DNA from: Octopus bimaculoides
Lineage: Eukaryota
DNA length: 64,000 nucleotides
Direction: 5' to 3'
Assembly: GCF_001194135.2 (NCBI RefSeq)
Contig: NC_068997.1
Location: forward strand, 31,846,088 to 31,910,087
Shown: positions 14,595 through 28,600 of the stretch, in pieces
Layout: every line of letters begins with the position of its first letter
Numbering within the stretch: the stretch's first letter is position 1
Made by a program: the position numbers and the translations under genes
Notes under the pieces: generated by a model
Seen by the model: the letters and a program-made list of their open reading frames with translations, nothing else
What the model was told of the DNA's origin: nothing
Databases searched by the model: none

Positions 14595-17500
14595 GCATAT
14601 ATACGACAGAGTTTTTTCAGTTTCCATCTACCAAATCCACTCACAAGGCTTTGGTCAGCCCGAAGCTATAGTAGAAGACACTTGCCCAAGATGCCACGCA
14701 GTGGGATTGAACCCAGAACCATCTGGTTGGTAAGCAAGCTATGTACCACACAGCCACTCCAAGCATATCAAAATCATCTTCAAAAAATACAATTTAAATA
14801 GATGCAGCTGGATTCTATAGTTCCAGTTGCAGTGTCTAGGAATTCTTTTATTGAAATGGCATCCGGCATGTGATATGGATTCACCAGCCCACATGACAAT
14901 CCTACCTTTAATCTATTTCAGTGGTTCTCAACTGGGCTCCACATAAGATTTTGTTGTTAAAATTTATCTACAATAAATTGACAATACTTCTACAATACAT
15001 AAAATATATTAACAATTTTATTATAAAATTCCTAACAATATTTAATTATAAAAATATATGATTTTTTTTTTAATCAAAGGGTTCTATAGATGAAAAATGG
15101 TTGAGAAACACCTGTCTCATCTAAAAGGGCTTAGAATTAATTCTGTGAAGTATTCAACTAAAGAGTCATCGAAAGACAAATCAATTACAATATTTCTTCA
15201 TAAGGAATTTGTAAATTGGAACCAATAGAATTTAAATACACTAATGAAAAAAAAAATCACAAAAACTCTCCAAAATTCTCAATACAACAAATATCTAAAT
15301 TTTAATATTTACCTACCTTTACTTGTGTTTGTTTTATGGTGGAGTGAAATATTTGAAGCAAACGCATTTGTGAATGAGGAGAATGGCATTCTGTGAGAGA
15401 TTTCAGTAGAATCCCAGAAAGTTGAACTTCAAGACTCTGTAATGAAAGCAAAGAGAATAAAATAAACAAATAATTTAAACGCTTCATGAAATATTTGGTA
15501 TTATGGTTTTAAAAGATTCCAATTTATTACAAATATTTGTCTTTAAAACAGGTTCTTAGTTTTATCTCTAAATTGGAGGCAAAGGCCCTCAAATGTCAGA
15601 CCATGCATCTGTATGTAAAAGACTGGCATTTGCAGTCTCCCCATTCTTTATACCACTATTGTTGTCCAAGAGAAAGATCACTGATATAGGGTTAATACAG
15701 TTTGGTACCAGTGTTAAATTTCCTTTACTTCATACTCTTAAAAACAGTAAGAACTATATTGGTTAATGTAGTTCTGGATACACTGTTTTATGACAAAAAA
15801 AAATAAACAACAAAACAACAAAACAACATGTTTGGATAAAAAAATCAAGATGAGAAGGTCACTGTTGGAATGCATTGTGCCAAAAATCTGCTTCCTTTAG
15901 CATTAAAACTGGCCATATCTGGTCAAAATATTCTACCTGTTTTATGTTCAAAGTAGCTAGATGTGACTTTTCACACCAACCCTACAATATCATTCAAAAA
16001 TTTAACAGTTACCTCATCAAAATCTCAAAGCTACAAGATAATGCATGATTAATTCAAAACAATGTGAATGAATAAGCATTGCTTTTGACAGAATAATGTG
16101 AATGCTAAAGGGTTAAGGGCTACTATGGAGCAACTCTTCTTTTCTTTACTGATTCTTTTCTCACTACATCTTACCTTCGAAACTGAACGTAGTTTGTAAA
16201 AGTTCGCTTCAAATGGCTGAATCTCTTTTACATTCATCAGATTAGGTATTGAAGTCCAAAAAACTTGGATGCTCTCAGAATATTTGATGGAAATCTCTTT
16301 GATAATCCTATCAGTACAAGCATCTCCAATACCACCAATTTCTGCAACTGCTGAAAGTTCTTTGAAGTGTTGGTCAGTTTCAATCAATTCCTGGACATCA
16401 TTACATCTAGAAAGACAGAGAAAACTGAAACATTCAAAATACATCTTTATATAATACCAAATACTCAGTTTTTAGAAATTATTATCTCCATCTTCTGGCA
16501 CATTTTCTGATCCATTCCCTACATCTATATACAGTTTGATGGAGATTTATGGGTAGAATTCTGCTTTAAGTACACTGTATAACTCCTCATAATTTACATT
16601 ATTTGCATTTGACAGATATTTGTCCACATCTTGTTTGTTGTTAACAACAAAGATGAGAACAAATATCTGTCAAATGTAAATAATGTAAATAATCTTTTAA
16701 TAATGTAAATAATTCCTCATCTCCTAAATATAGAACTGTAACTCCTCATAACTTTTTCTTATTTTTTGGAATATTCAGAAAATTTTTGCAAATTTGTGAT
16801 CTACACACAGGAATTCATATGCTTATGCAAAAACCAAAAGAATTTTTGATGCATGATTTAAGGACTATTTAGCTGTTACTCTTAGCATATCTCACAATCA
16901 CTTCATACCTTCCTAATTTGTTTGTCAGTCTGGCATATTAATGTTTTCCAATATCTTTCTTCCCATAAACACATTTAATTGTTGGGATTTAAGCCAAAAA
17001 TTCAGTATTTTAAACAGTAATTTTTTGAAAAATTGAAAAGCAGTTTAAAAATATTTTTTTTAAATTTCTAAGGATTAAAATTTTTTTCTTTTATCATAGT
17101 CATGTGAATTCCCATGCGTAGAACACAGATACACAAAAAGTTTCTGAAAATTCTGAAAAATAAAAAAGTTATGAAGGGCTATTCGGTGTGCTTAAAGCAG
17201 AATTCTGCCAATTTATGTCTCTCCCTCTTAATCTCAATTTATTAATCAGATTTACTAAAAATTTACATCCTCATCATTTTACTGTTTTATCTATTATTCT
17301 AGCATGAATCAATGGTATAGTACTCTTCTTGCTATTCCTTGCCACATCTTCTTTTCTTGGGAGTCTCTCAGGTCTGAGAAAGGCAATTCTGCAATTTCTT
17401 ACTGAACAGCCTGCACAGATGATGTTTTTAATGATGAAATGTTTCTGCTGTACATGAATTCACTTCCTCCATCAAATCGACATTACCTGAACAGGTGCAT

Positions 17501-17901
17501 GGTGTACCACATATAAAGCGTTGAAGAGATTGCAGAGCAACGTGAGATGAAGTGTTTTGCTCAAGAACACAGTGCACCACCCAATCAGAGACTCAAAACC
17601 ATGATCTCGCAATTCTTGCTATTAAACTTTCACTGTAACCACTAATTACATCACTGAAATTATGAAAATTATCTACTGACCAGTTTATCTTTTATCTGTT
17701 TCAGCCATCAGACTGCAGCCATGCTGGGGCACCACCTTGAAGGAATTTTAGTCAAATCAATTGATCCCAGTACTCATTTCTCTTAAAGCCTGGTACTTAT
17801 TCTATTAGTCTCTTTTGCTGAACCACTAAGTTATGGTGATGCAAACAAACCAACACTTCTTGTCAAGCAGTGGTGGGGGACAGACACAAAGATGCAACAC
17901 A

Positions 17902-17938
<37 letters not shown>

Positions 17939-20386
17939 NNNNNNNNNNTATATATATATATATATATATATATGAACTCCAGCAACTGCGAGTGGGACAA
18001 GCTAGAGATAGTAAATAGCTTCCATTATCTAGGCGACTAAGTTAGTAGCGGAGGTGGATGCTCTGAGAGAGTAGCTGTGAGAATAAGATTAGGAGAGCTC
18101 CTACCACTGCTGGCAACAAAGGGCCTCTCTCCCATTGTGAAAGGCAGATTGCTTGATGTCTGTGTGCAAACAGCTATACTGCATGGCAGTGAAACATGGG
18201 CTGTAACAGCCAAGGATATTCATAGGCTTGAAAGAAATGAAACCAGTATGCTTTGCTGGATGTGTAATGTCAGTGTTCAACAGAGTGTAAGCATCTTAAG
18301 AGAGAAAAGTTAGGCATAAGAGGCATCAGATGTGGTGTGTTAGAGAGATGACTGCACTGATATGGTCATGTGATGCGTATGGACGAGGACAGCTGTGTAA
18401 AGAAGTGTCGATCTCTAACTATGGAGGGAGCCTGTGGTAGAGGTAGACCCAGGAAGACGTGGGACAAGGTGGTGAAACATGATTTCTGAACTTTGAGCTT
18501 CACAGAGGCAATGACTAGTGACCGAGACCTTTGTCGATGTGTTGTGCTTGAGAGCACCTGTCAAGTCAAATGCACTGTGCTGGTAGCATGTAAAGAACAC
18601 CTTCTGAGTGTTGGACCTCAGGGAGGCAAAGTGGCTGAGTTCCTTTCGAGGTTGGGCCTCACGGAGGCATAATAGCAGAGTTTACTTTCGAGTATTGGGC
18701 CTCATAAAGGCAATGACTAAGACCTTTAGCATTATGTTGTACTTGAGAAGAAAACCCATCAAGCCAAGCAAAATCGCATTCATGGCAGATACTGGTGTCA
18801 TACAAATAGCACCCATGCCAGTGACACGTAAAAGCACCCATTACACTCTCGGAGTGGTTGGCATTAGGAAGGGCATCCAGCCATAGAAAACCATGCAAAA
18901 TCAGACTGAAGTCTAGTGCAGTCTTCCAACATACCAGCCTAGTTAAACCACCCAACTCATGCCAGCGTGGGCAACAGACATTAAATAATGATGATGCATT
19001 TCTTTCAGTTTCTGTCAACCAAATCCACTCATAGGGCTTTAGTCAGTCTGCAGTTATAGAAGATGCTTACCGAGGTATTACACAGTGGGACTGAACCCAG
19101 AATCATGCGGCTGGGAAGCAAGCTTCTTACCACACAGCCACGCCCATCTATTTCTCAAAACAGGTGCTTCACTTCTTTGTACACTGTACCAAGTGGATCC
19201 CTTCTTCAGTGCAAGTTTCCTGCTATGCAAGTATGCTATAAAATTTTTCAGTTCTATTAACATTGATATCAAAATAAGCATCTGTGGCTGTTATCAATAA
19301 GGATTTGCATTTTACTGTTAAAACTTACATTAATGATGGAACTATTGTTACTGGTACATTATCACATTATGATAGATCTATGGGTTTATCTCAAGGTCTT
19401 TGAATAATTCTGAAAAAATACTACATTGTGAATAAAAAAACATTTATACAGGAATTGAGAGCTTTAGCAAAATAGAAACATATCCTCATGGGTCAGCCCA
19501 AGGCCATTAGTAGCAAAAGGGAAACTTTTTAACCATGCAGAGCAGTGTAGCTAGGGTGTTTGCTCCCTTGGGCAGCCTTTGAATTTTGCACCTCCCCACT
19601 TTCCCACCTTAATGCTATACAGGATTATGCAGCAGACCCCAAAATGCTGCCCCCCCATAAAAGCATCACAGCAGGCAGATGCACCCCACTCCCTGCTACA
19701 CTATTGACTGCACAGCCATGTAATAAATTTAATCATTAATTAATGAAAATGTTGTGACAAATATTATCAGAAAACAGAAAATAAAACTACGTGCTTGATC
19801 TTCAGATGCTGGGCTTCACTGAGGAGGTAACAAAGAACCAAGACTTGTGGCAATTTGCTGTATTTGAGAAGACACATCAAGATAAGTAAAATCATGGCCA
19901 TCCATATGTACAGGCAAGTCCTTTATGGCTATGGCCCTACTCCCTCTCTCACCTGAGAGGTCTTTGTCTTGCAGGTCCCAGTGCCATGTCAAATGCACTC
20001 AATCTGGTACCATGTAAAATGCACTTGTACCAGTGCCATGTGAGATGCACTTGTGCCAATGCCATGTAAAATGCACTTGTGCTGATGCCACATAATATGC
20101 ACTGGTACCAGTGCCATATAAAATACACTCATGCTGGTGTCACATAAAATGTACTGATGCTGATAGCACATAAAATGCACTCGTGCTAGTGCCACAAAAT
20201 GCACTCGTACCAGTAACACGTAAGAGGCACCAAGCACAATTAGTAATGTGATTGGTGCTAGGAAGGGGATCTAGCCATAGAAACCATACCAAAACAGACA
20301 ATTGGAAGCTGGACAGCTCTCCAGCTGGTCAGCTTCTGTCAACCCATGCCAGCATGGAAAATGGCTGTTAAACAAACGACGACGAC

Positions 20387-20445
<59 letters not shown>

Positions 20446-23400
20446 CTTTATGAAACTGTTTAAGTTTAGACATTAATATAAGTCAGTTTGAAGTTTCTTA
20501 CCTGTCCATAAAATCATTGAGATATTTAAAAGCAACTGAATTATGATTAGGCCAGGAAGAATCTATTAGTAAAAGGTCTTCTTCAGACAGATCTGACATT
20601 TCTTGTTGCTTGGTAACCTTTGTAGAACTAGTGGTATTTATTCTCTCAAACCTCGTTTTATAGATGTTTCTTTCACGTCTTTCAAATAAGGGAAAAAAGA
20701 GAAACAAAGACTGGAGTTCATACAAATATATAATCAAATGCATTCATTAGAGTTTGGAAGAACTCATACTAAAAGCTAAGTGGAGGCTAGCATATCTCAT
20801 GTAGTAACCCTACCAAAACAAGTTTAAGTAACTAAGGTTTCACACAAACCAAACAGAAAAACTGTAAGCTCTTATGAAAGCTAAGCAGGCAATTCTGAAA
20901 TAAAATCTGATTAAAAATGAAATGGAAGTTTTTAACACTGACAATTCCAAACATAGTGACAAAGGAAGTATTAATACCAAAAGGTAAAATATCTACCACT
21001 TAAAAGTAGATGTAAAACATTAGAACACAGAAATACTGTGATATTTACCACGAGAGAAAACTGTCATATGGTTATATGGGGCATAAACATGTTTTCATCT
21101 TATTAGACCTCATCAGAATAAGCAATGAATTGAAATTTGCATACATGCTATGAGAGGGAATAGCTTGCATTTCAGTAAATGTTTTACATCTTAACTTCAC
21201 ACTTTTTTTTGTTTTTAACTATAAAATATTATAAGCTTAGTTCTCTCCTCATTATATATTATATTTATGTTTATGACACAAGAAACACAGTGTACAGAAA
21301 AAAAATTACATTTGGTTCTTAAATTTGCTTTGAATTCAAATATAATATGAATGTTGCCCTACCATACATGAACTCTCTCTCTCTCTCACACACACACACA
21401 GTTGTATGTTTAATATGTTACTAGGAAAGCAGATTAAGACACTAACATATATATGCATGTTCATGTTTATGTTTGTGTAAATGTGTTTGTGCATATATTG
21501 TATGCATGTGTGTATGTATGTGAGTATACACACACACAAGCATTTAAGATTAAAGTACATTTGCTAGTACCACATACGGCAAAGAAAGATGGACAAGTTG
21601 TTTATATATAATTATAAATCTGCATGTGCAATATGTATAAGTGTATGATTAATCCTTTTGATACCAAACCACCCAATACCGTCCATGGACTTATGCTATA
21701 AATAGGATCATATTTTAATATGAACTAAATTAAAACCTTCCGTGGAAATTTCATAATTTATGTCCCAAACTCCAGTTTAATAATGATAAAGTTATTTTAC
21801 TAAATTCTTCATTATTACCATAATTAATTAAAGCAAACGCAGTGTATTTTAACAAGAATTTGATTAAGAGATTCACTTCAAAATCACACGATTCTGTAAT
21901 CATTCCTGCTATGAAGCACTTTCTACTCTTGCCTTGGTGGCTTTCAATTCCTTCACTATTAATGGAATTGGTAAGCAGAGCTTTAAGATCTTGCTGTACA
22001 AGATTCCTCAGCTAAAATTTGCAAACATTTGGGTCAGTTCTCTGATTGGAGGATAACTACTCCTCTTCTTCTTATCCAATTCAGAGGAACTTGAAAAAAT
22101 ACAATGATAGGTACCACCTTTCCCTTCTTGACCAAATAATAAATATAAAAATAATAGAAACAAAATACTCACATTCTTTCCTTCAGCAACTTGACATTTT
22201 GGTAGTTCACATCTTCTGCTTTAGCTTTAAAATCAAGGTAGGTTCCTCGGAATGTTGTACATATTTTTTGAGCCCATTTCAGATTTTCTTGTGACTAAAT
22301 GACAAAATTGAAACATTAGATTGCTGTTTAGACCATGATAGCTCTGACTTCATAAAGGAAAGTAAGCTGAGCTTCTGTGAACACTTCTTTCAGAGCAAGG
22401 ATGAAGTTGTGAGTCAAATATTAATGCGGAAACTAATACATGGAAAGCAAATTAAGAGTTGTTCTGCCAGAACATTTATCAACCAACTGAATGAAGATTC
22501 TGGTTTATTGAAGAGCAACCTACTAAAAGCAATGGCAGTGAGGAAATTTTGAAGTCTGGTGGTTGATGGTACCTGTCTGTGGGCAACGTGGTAGGTAGGG
22601 AGCTCTGACTCAGTAAATCTATAATCAGTGGCATTTTAACCATGTTGATCACATCCTTTTCTGGGACATATGCATCTAGGACTACATTATCCAAGAGTGT
22701 CTCTCCCGTTTCAAGTTGATAGGGTGTGATTTGAGAGATATTTATTTGGTTACTATTTTTAGCTGGTCAAGCAACTATATGGAGGCTCCCTCATTGGATA
22801 TTCAATGTTTGATTTAAGACAGTAACAGTAAGATACATTTTATTTGTGAGATTCATAAGAAAACATCTTTATCCTTTAATTTTGATTCTCATTATATCTG
22901 AATCTCCTCAAGACAATCAATAAAACATCACAATTCTTAGATTTTCAATATTTTCCAAAGTACTTTGAGAGATGGAACTTGTGGTAGAAGGAGATTCATG
23001 AAGAGATGGGATAATATACTGAAGAACGACCTCAGGACACTGAACCTTATGGAAGAGATGACAAAGGACTGAGATATCTGGTGCCTTGCAGTCCTCAAGA
23101 AGACATGTACTCCCCAGAAGAAGTGTTAATGCTGCTCTCCCTACTAAAGAGGATCAGCTTGTAAGAGCCCTGTGCCAGTGCCACATAAAAATCACCCATG
23201 CCAGTGCCAGCACCATGTAAAAAGCACCTGTTTTGGTGCCACATAAAAAGCACCCAGTAAACTCTGTAAACTGGTTAGCATTAAAATGGACCTCCAGTTA
23301 TAGAAACCAAGCCAAATCAGACTGGAACTTGTTGCAGCTCTCCCACTTGCCAGCTTTGGTCAAACTGTCCAACCCATGCCAGCATGAAAAGTGGATGTTA

Positions 23401-25597
23401 AATGATGGTCATGATGATGATGAGTGGATTAGATTTCAAATATTTCTTCTCCACTAATTGTTAGTATAATTTTAGCTATACATGATACATAACCTCCATA
23501 CGGGGGGGGGGGGGGATACCCAAAAGTAACCAGAAACATTCTCTGTAGGACAAGCCTATTGTAGTTCAGGCTTCCACCACTAGAAGCCACTTCATATGAC
23601 CCTCAGGCATCAGTCTGCCAACCAGCAGCATTGACTAGTCATACTGTCATGTTGTGCGTCTTTGTTTTGCAGCACTTCTCCCCTGTTCCTTGATTTTTGT
23701 GATGGCTGAAATGAAGGAACAGTCTGCTTCCATGAAATTCTGTTTTCTGCTGAGAAAAAGCAACAGCCAAGACAGTTGTCATGCTTCAAACAGCTAACAT
23801 GGAACCTACCATTAGCAAAACAAGTTTACAGGTGGTTTTCATGCTTTAGGAATGGCCTCTTGTTGCTTGAAGACCAACCTTGTTCAGGGCAACTATCATG
23901 AAAATTTGTGAACTGATTTTGGAGGACCATCGCTGAACAATTAACACACTTGTTGATATGACTGGTATGTCCTGGAGCTTCTGCCAACGAATATTGAGTG
24001 AGAAATTGTGAATGAAAAGAGTTGCAGCAAAATTTGTGTCTCACTTGCTTGTGGAAGATAAAAAGCAGCCATGACTGAATGCATGTCATAAACTGAAAGA
24101 ACAGTTGGAAGTTGATCCAGACTTTTTTCCGAAGGTCATCACTGATGATGAAAGTTGCTGCTATGGCTACAACCCAGAAATGAAGCAGGAATCAAGTCAA
24201 TGGAAGCATTCAATGTCACAATGCCCCCAAAAAGCATGTCAAGAGAAGTCAACGTCAAGACGATGCTGGTTTGTTTCATCAATGTGAAAGGAATTGTCCA
24301 TACAGAATTTGTTCCTCCTGGTCAAACTGTTAACCAGACATTTTACTTGGCAGTTCTGAAACGTTTACAAGACGCAATGAGAAGAAAACACCATGATCTG
24401 TGGCAAAGAAGAGAGTGGTGGTTTCATGACGCCAATGTGCCTGCACACACTGCCTTGAGTGTGTGCAATTTTCGACCAAAAATGGCATGACCCCATTTAC
24501 CCACCTTCCCTATTTACCCAATCTTCCTCTCTGCAACTTCTGTTTGTTCCCCAAAATGAAAAAAAGTTCCTAAAGAAAAACGTTTTTCAGATGTGGAAGA
24601 GGAAGAAAAAAAAAACGACCAAGACGTTAAAAGGTATCACTCCACATGAGTTCCAGGACTACTGGAAAAAGCATCTGGATGAATGCATTGTTTCTAATGG
24701 AGAATACTTTGAAAGCGATGAGTGTAAACATGTAAAGCTAAGTAAATAAAATAATATTGCAAAATTCCATATATGGTAAAAAAAAAAAAAAACTTTTGTT
24801 TCCCAACAAACATAATAGATGTTGCAGTTATAACAAAAAACAAGAAAGCAGGCTTTTCATGGGTAAATGTTACAAACTTTTCCTATAGAAACAGATGGAA
24901 GAAAAGTTTAATTCACTTACAGTATCTGGGTCTTCAAGAATGTTATCATTAATCATGCTTTCTGCTTTGTTTATAAGGAAATTACAAAGTAGTTGAATGG
25001 TTAGGCTGAATTTACTTTTCTGATGGCAATACCTTTAAAATCATAACAGATTAAATGGAATCAGTTAAGTTTATAAATAATCAAACAGCTTTTAAGAATT
25101 GATCAAACCAAAAGGAATAAGTTTGCTTTGCTAACATCTCTGGTAAATAAAAGAAGATGGAAAGTTATTTCGATAAGATTGATTAGAAGAAAAGCAAATG
25201 AAAATCTCTTATAGTTGGTATTGAACAATTTTAGTGAAGATTGAAGAAAATGATTTAATCATTAGCTTAAGACAGCTGGGGCTTTTACTTAAGTTTGAAC
25301 AATGTTAAAATCTTTTCTTATTTCCATCGGATATCCAGTTAATTCTTGTTTTGCAAATAACTATAATATGTATGCAAGATCTTATAGATGCCATCAGCAT
25401 TATCGTTCAATGTCCACTTTTCCCTGTTTGCATGGATCAGAAGGAATTCCAGTGAAATACATTTTTCAGGGTTGGATGCTGCTTCCTTTCACCAGCCCTC
25501 ATCTGTTTCCAGACAAATTAATATTTCCCCATGACAGAATATGTTTCACAGAAAAACTGGAAATGAAGGACACTGCTTTTATGACACTGATGACAGA

Positions 25598-25630
<33 letters not shown>

Positions 25631-28600
25631 TTCGTTTATATATATAAAACCACTCTCAACACACACACACATACACACACATTTCGTTTATATATATAAA
25701 ATTACTCTCAACATACACACACATATACACATGGCTATGATGCTCCCCCATTACTCCTGCTCATAATCAGAGATGCACATATTGTCAGCCACTAAGGTAC
25801 ATGCTCAAGTGGTTAACGTCAAGCAACTGACAAGCAAATCTGTGGTATTGAGCAGAATATTTACTATAATGATATTTCTGCTTCAGCAATTCAGTGCTGA
25901 TTCTGTCTGAAATATAATGGAAGATAGGTCAGTTTCAAAACATTCATGTCCAGGTGACTGACAAAAGCAAAGTTTGAAGGGAATAGTAGTCATTTCCTTT
26001 GATTTCTATCTAGAAGCAAATAGGAAATAACACTGACCAAAGACAAAAAAAAATAGAAATTTTGTTACACAATGTAATCGGCCAGCTTGGTCATAGGTAA
26101 TCTGTGGCTAACTAATAATAAAACTTTCTCAAATGGAATTCAGTTCACATTAAACACAAATCAATATCAAGATGAAACAGCAAGAGAAAATGTTGTTCTA
26201 GATATATTTTGTAGAAACAATGGCACAACATGGTTCTAGGACAGTTGTGTACTGGACATTTGCATCCCAGACAATTGCATCCCCAGACAATTGCATCCCC
26301 AGACAATTGCATCTCTGGACAGTTGTGTCCTTGCATTATTTTGAAATTTTACTTATCTTTTTTCAGGTGTATTTTTTGTTTATTTGGAATAGTTGATTAT
26401 CAAAGCTAATTGTAAATAAACACATTTAATAACTCTAAACAAGAGAGTAAGTAATAATAAATATCTATAAAAGGAATAAAAGAGATAAAAGAGTTTAAAA
26501 TTTATAAGTTTATTTTAGTTTAAAAAATGAAAACAGATTAACAATATTAAAAAATATTTCAAGATTTTAAAATTATTGTAGTTTCACAAATAAATCAAAA
26601 GGTGTGAATGTTGTGAGCTATTCTTTTCAAGAAATTTATCTTGTTTTCAAGAGTATACTTATCTAAAAACACCATGATTCACTTAGTTGCAGTTTTATTT
26701 TTTTGCCGTACTAGAATTCCTCTTTGAAAGTCCCTTTTTTTTTCTTTAAGGCAATAGCCTCCTCCTTTTTCAGTGTCTCAATCAATTTCCAAATAGAGGG
26801 GTGTTGACACAATAAAGAATATTGCAAAGCATTGTGCAATCCCTCTAAGATGATCTAGATCTAGGCATCTGATTTATTTATAACCCTTTCTCAAACATTC
26901 CAAGACTCAATAGAAAAAATTGGTTCCATCCTTGTCCCTCTCCGGCCACTTGCTTGGCCAATGTATGTCATTTCAAAATAGACAGTAAATTCTGGAGGCA
27001 AATCACAGTCATCGGACAAGTCAATAAAATCGTTGACAACATCAATTAAAGAGAGAAATGATAATACAGAAAAACACCTAATTTTCAAATTTTATACCTC
27101 CTCTCTATACTGTTTTAATCCTATGTCATAGATTTTCTTAAAAATAGACTTAGATAAATGGAAGAGACATGAACTTATTGTTACTTCTGGAAACTTTTCT
27201 ACAAAACCTTTCTGAGCTCCTATTTCAAAGATTGTCAACAAAGAATTTGGATTAAGTTGCAACAAATATGTGAATAGGTGAACATATGTGTCCTTTTTCT
27301 TATCTGGAAGAAGGGCAAAAGCTCTGGGTATACTAATTGTACTTTATTGGATATGAATGCAATATAGCTGAAAATATATTGATGGACTGACTTTAAAGGT
27401 ACCATCTGCTGCCCAGTTAGGAAAATTTATCAAATCTTCTAAGCCATCTTCCATCACAAATATTAGTATTCTATCCTCGTCATCAATGCCAGAGTCAAAT
27501 GCAAGGAACTCCTCTCCACTTGCAAGGAAACAGTAAGATTCTGGTATCTCAAAAGTATTCCTTCGCCATGGAATTGGTGTTGCATCTTGTGATTTTTGTC
27601 TCTATCAACATACATTTATTCCCATTGATGGTAAAGATGGCATGTGGTTAATTGAAAACTGATCTTTATTAGCGATTGTAGCTCCAATAAGATTTCTTGC
27701 TGGTTCGCATACTGAAATTGAAGTAGTTTTTAAGCGTGACATAACTTCTTGTGCTCTAACTTTAGCAGCTGAGGATCCATAGTTATGTTCATTACATTGT
27801 GCCGTGACTGAGTCATTCACTGTATGTATTCTTGCTTTGCAACATTGCTCTACACATCTCTATATGTTTTTGTTTCATTGGCATTTTTCTTATGATAGTG
27901 GTAGCTGTAATTTTTCTCATCAAGAAATATCTTTCCACCAGTGTTAGATTTTATTAAATCCAGGATGTATTAGACGTTCACAGTTTGTACTGCTCGAGTT
28001 AACTAAAATGGATAGCTTAAATTTCTTTTGCTTTAAAAATGAATATACCTTTTGTGTTGGTGTACAATTATGGTAACTACCTATTTGATTAATGAGCTAT
28101 AACGAGCAATTGTTGGAAAGTATACTCCTCAAAAAATAAGTGTATTAAAAAAAGTAAACAGGCATAGCTGAGTGGTAAATAGCTTGCTTCCCATCCACAT
28201 GGTTCCGGGTTCAATCCCACTGCATGGCACCTTGGGCAAGTGTCTTCTACTATAACCTTGGGCCGACCAAAGCCTTGTGAGTGGATTTGGTAGACGGAAA
28301 CTGAAAGAAGCCTGTCATATTTATACTTGTGTGTGTGTCTGTGTGTGTTTGTCCCCCCACCATCACTTGACAACCGATGTTAGTGTGTTTATGTCCCTGT
28401 AACTTAGCAGTTTGCAAAAGAGATCAATAGAATAAGTACTAGGCTTACAAAGAATAAGTCCTGGGACCGATTTGTTTGACTAAAGGTGGTGCTCCAGCAT
28501 GGCCACAGTCACATGGCTGAAACAAATAAAAGAATGTAAAACATTTTTTTATGATAAAAAATTACCAGAAGTACGCATTTATCCAGGGACTCATTCGTCT

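Noticed and set aside
17290-17490. Coding-looking stretch with DGGSEF (integrase-like DNGSEF)
   Set aside because: Stops in all frames and no further integrase motifs; at most an unclassifiable TE relic.
22479-22694. [18 protein letters not shown]... on minus, near a real exon
   Set aside because: No splice signals that fit the exon chain and no recognisable domain.
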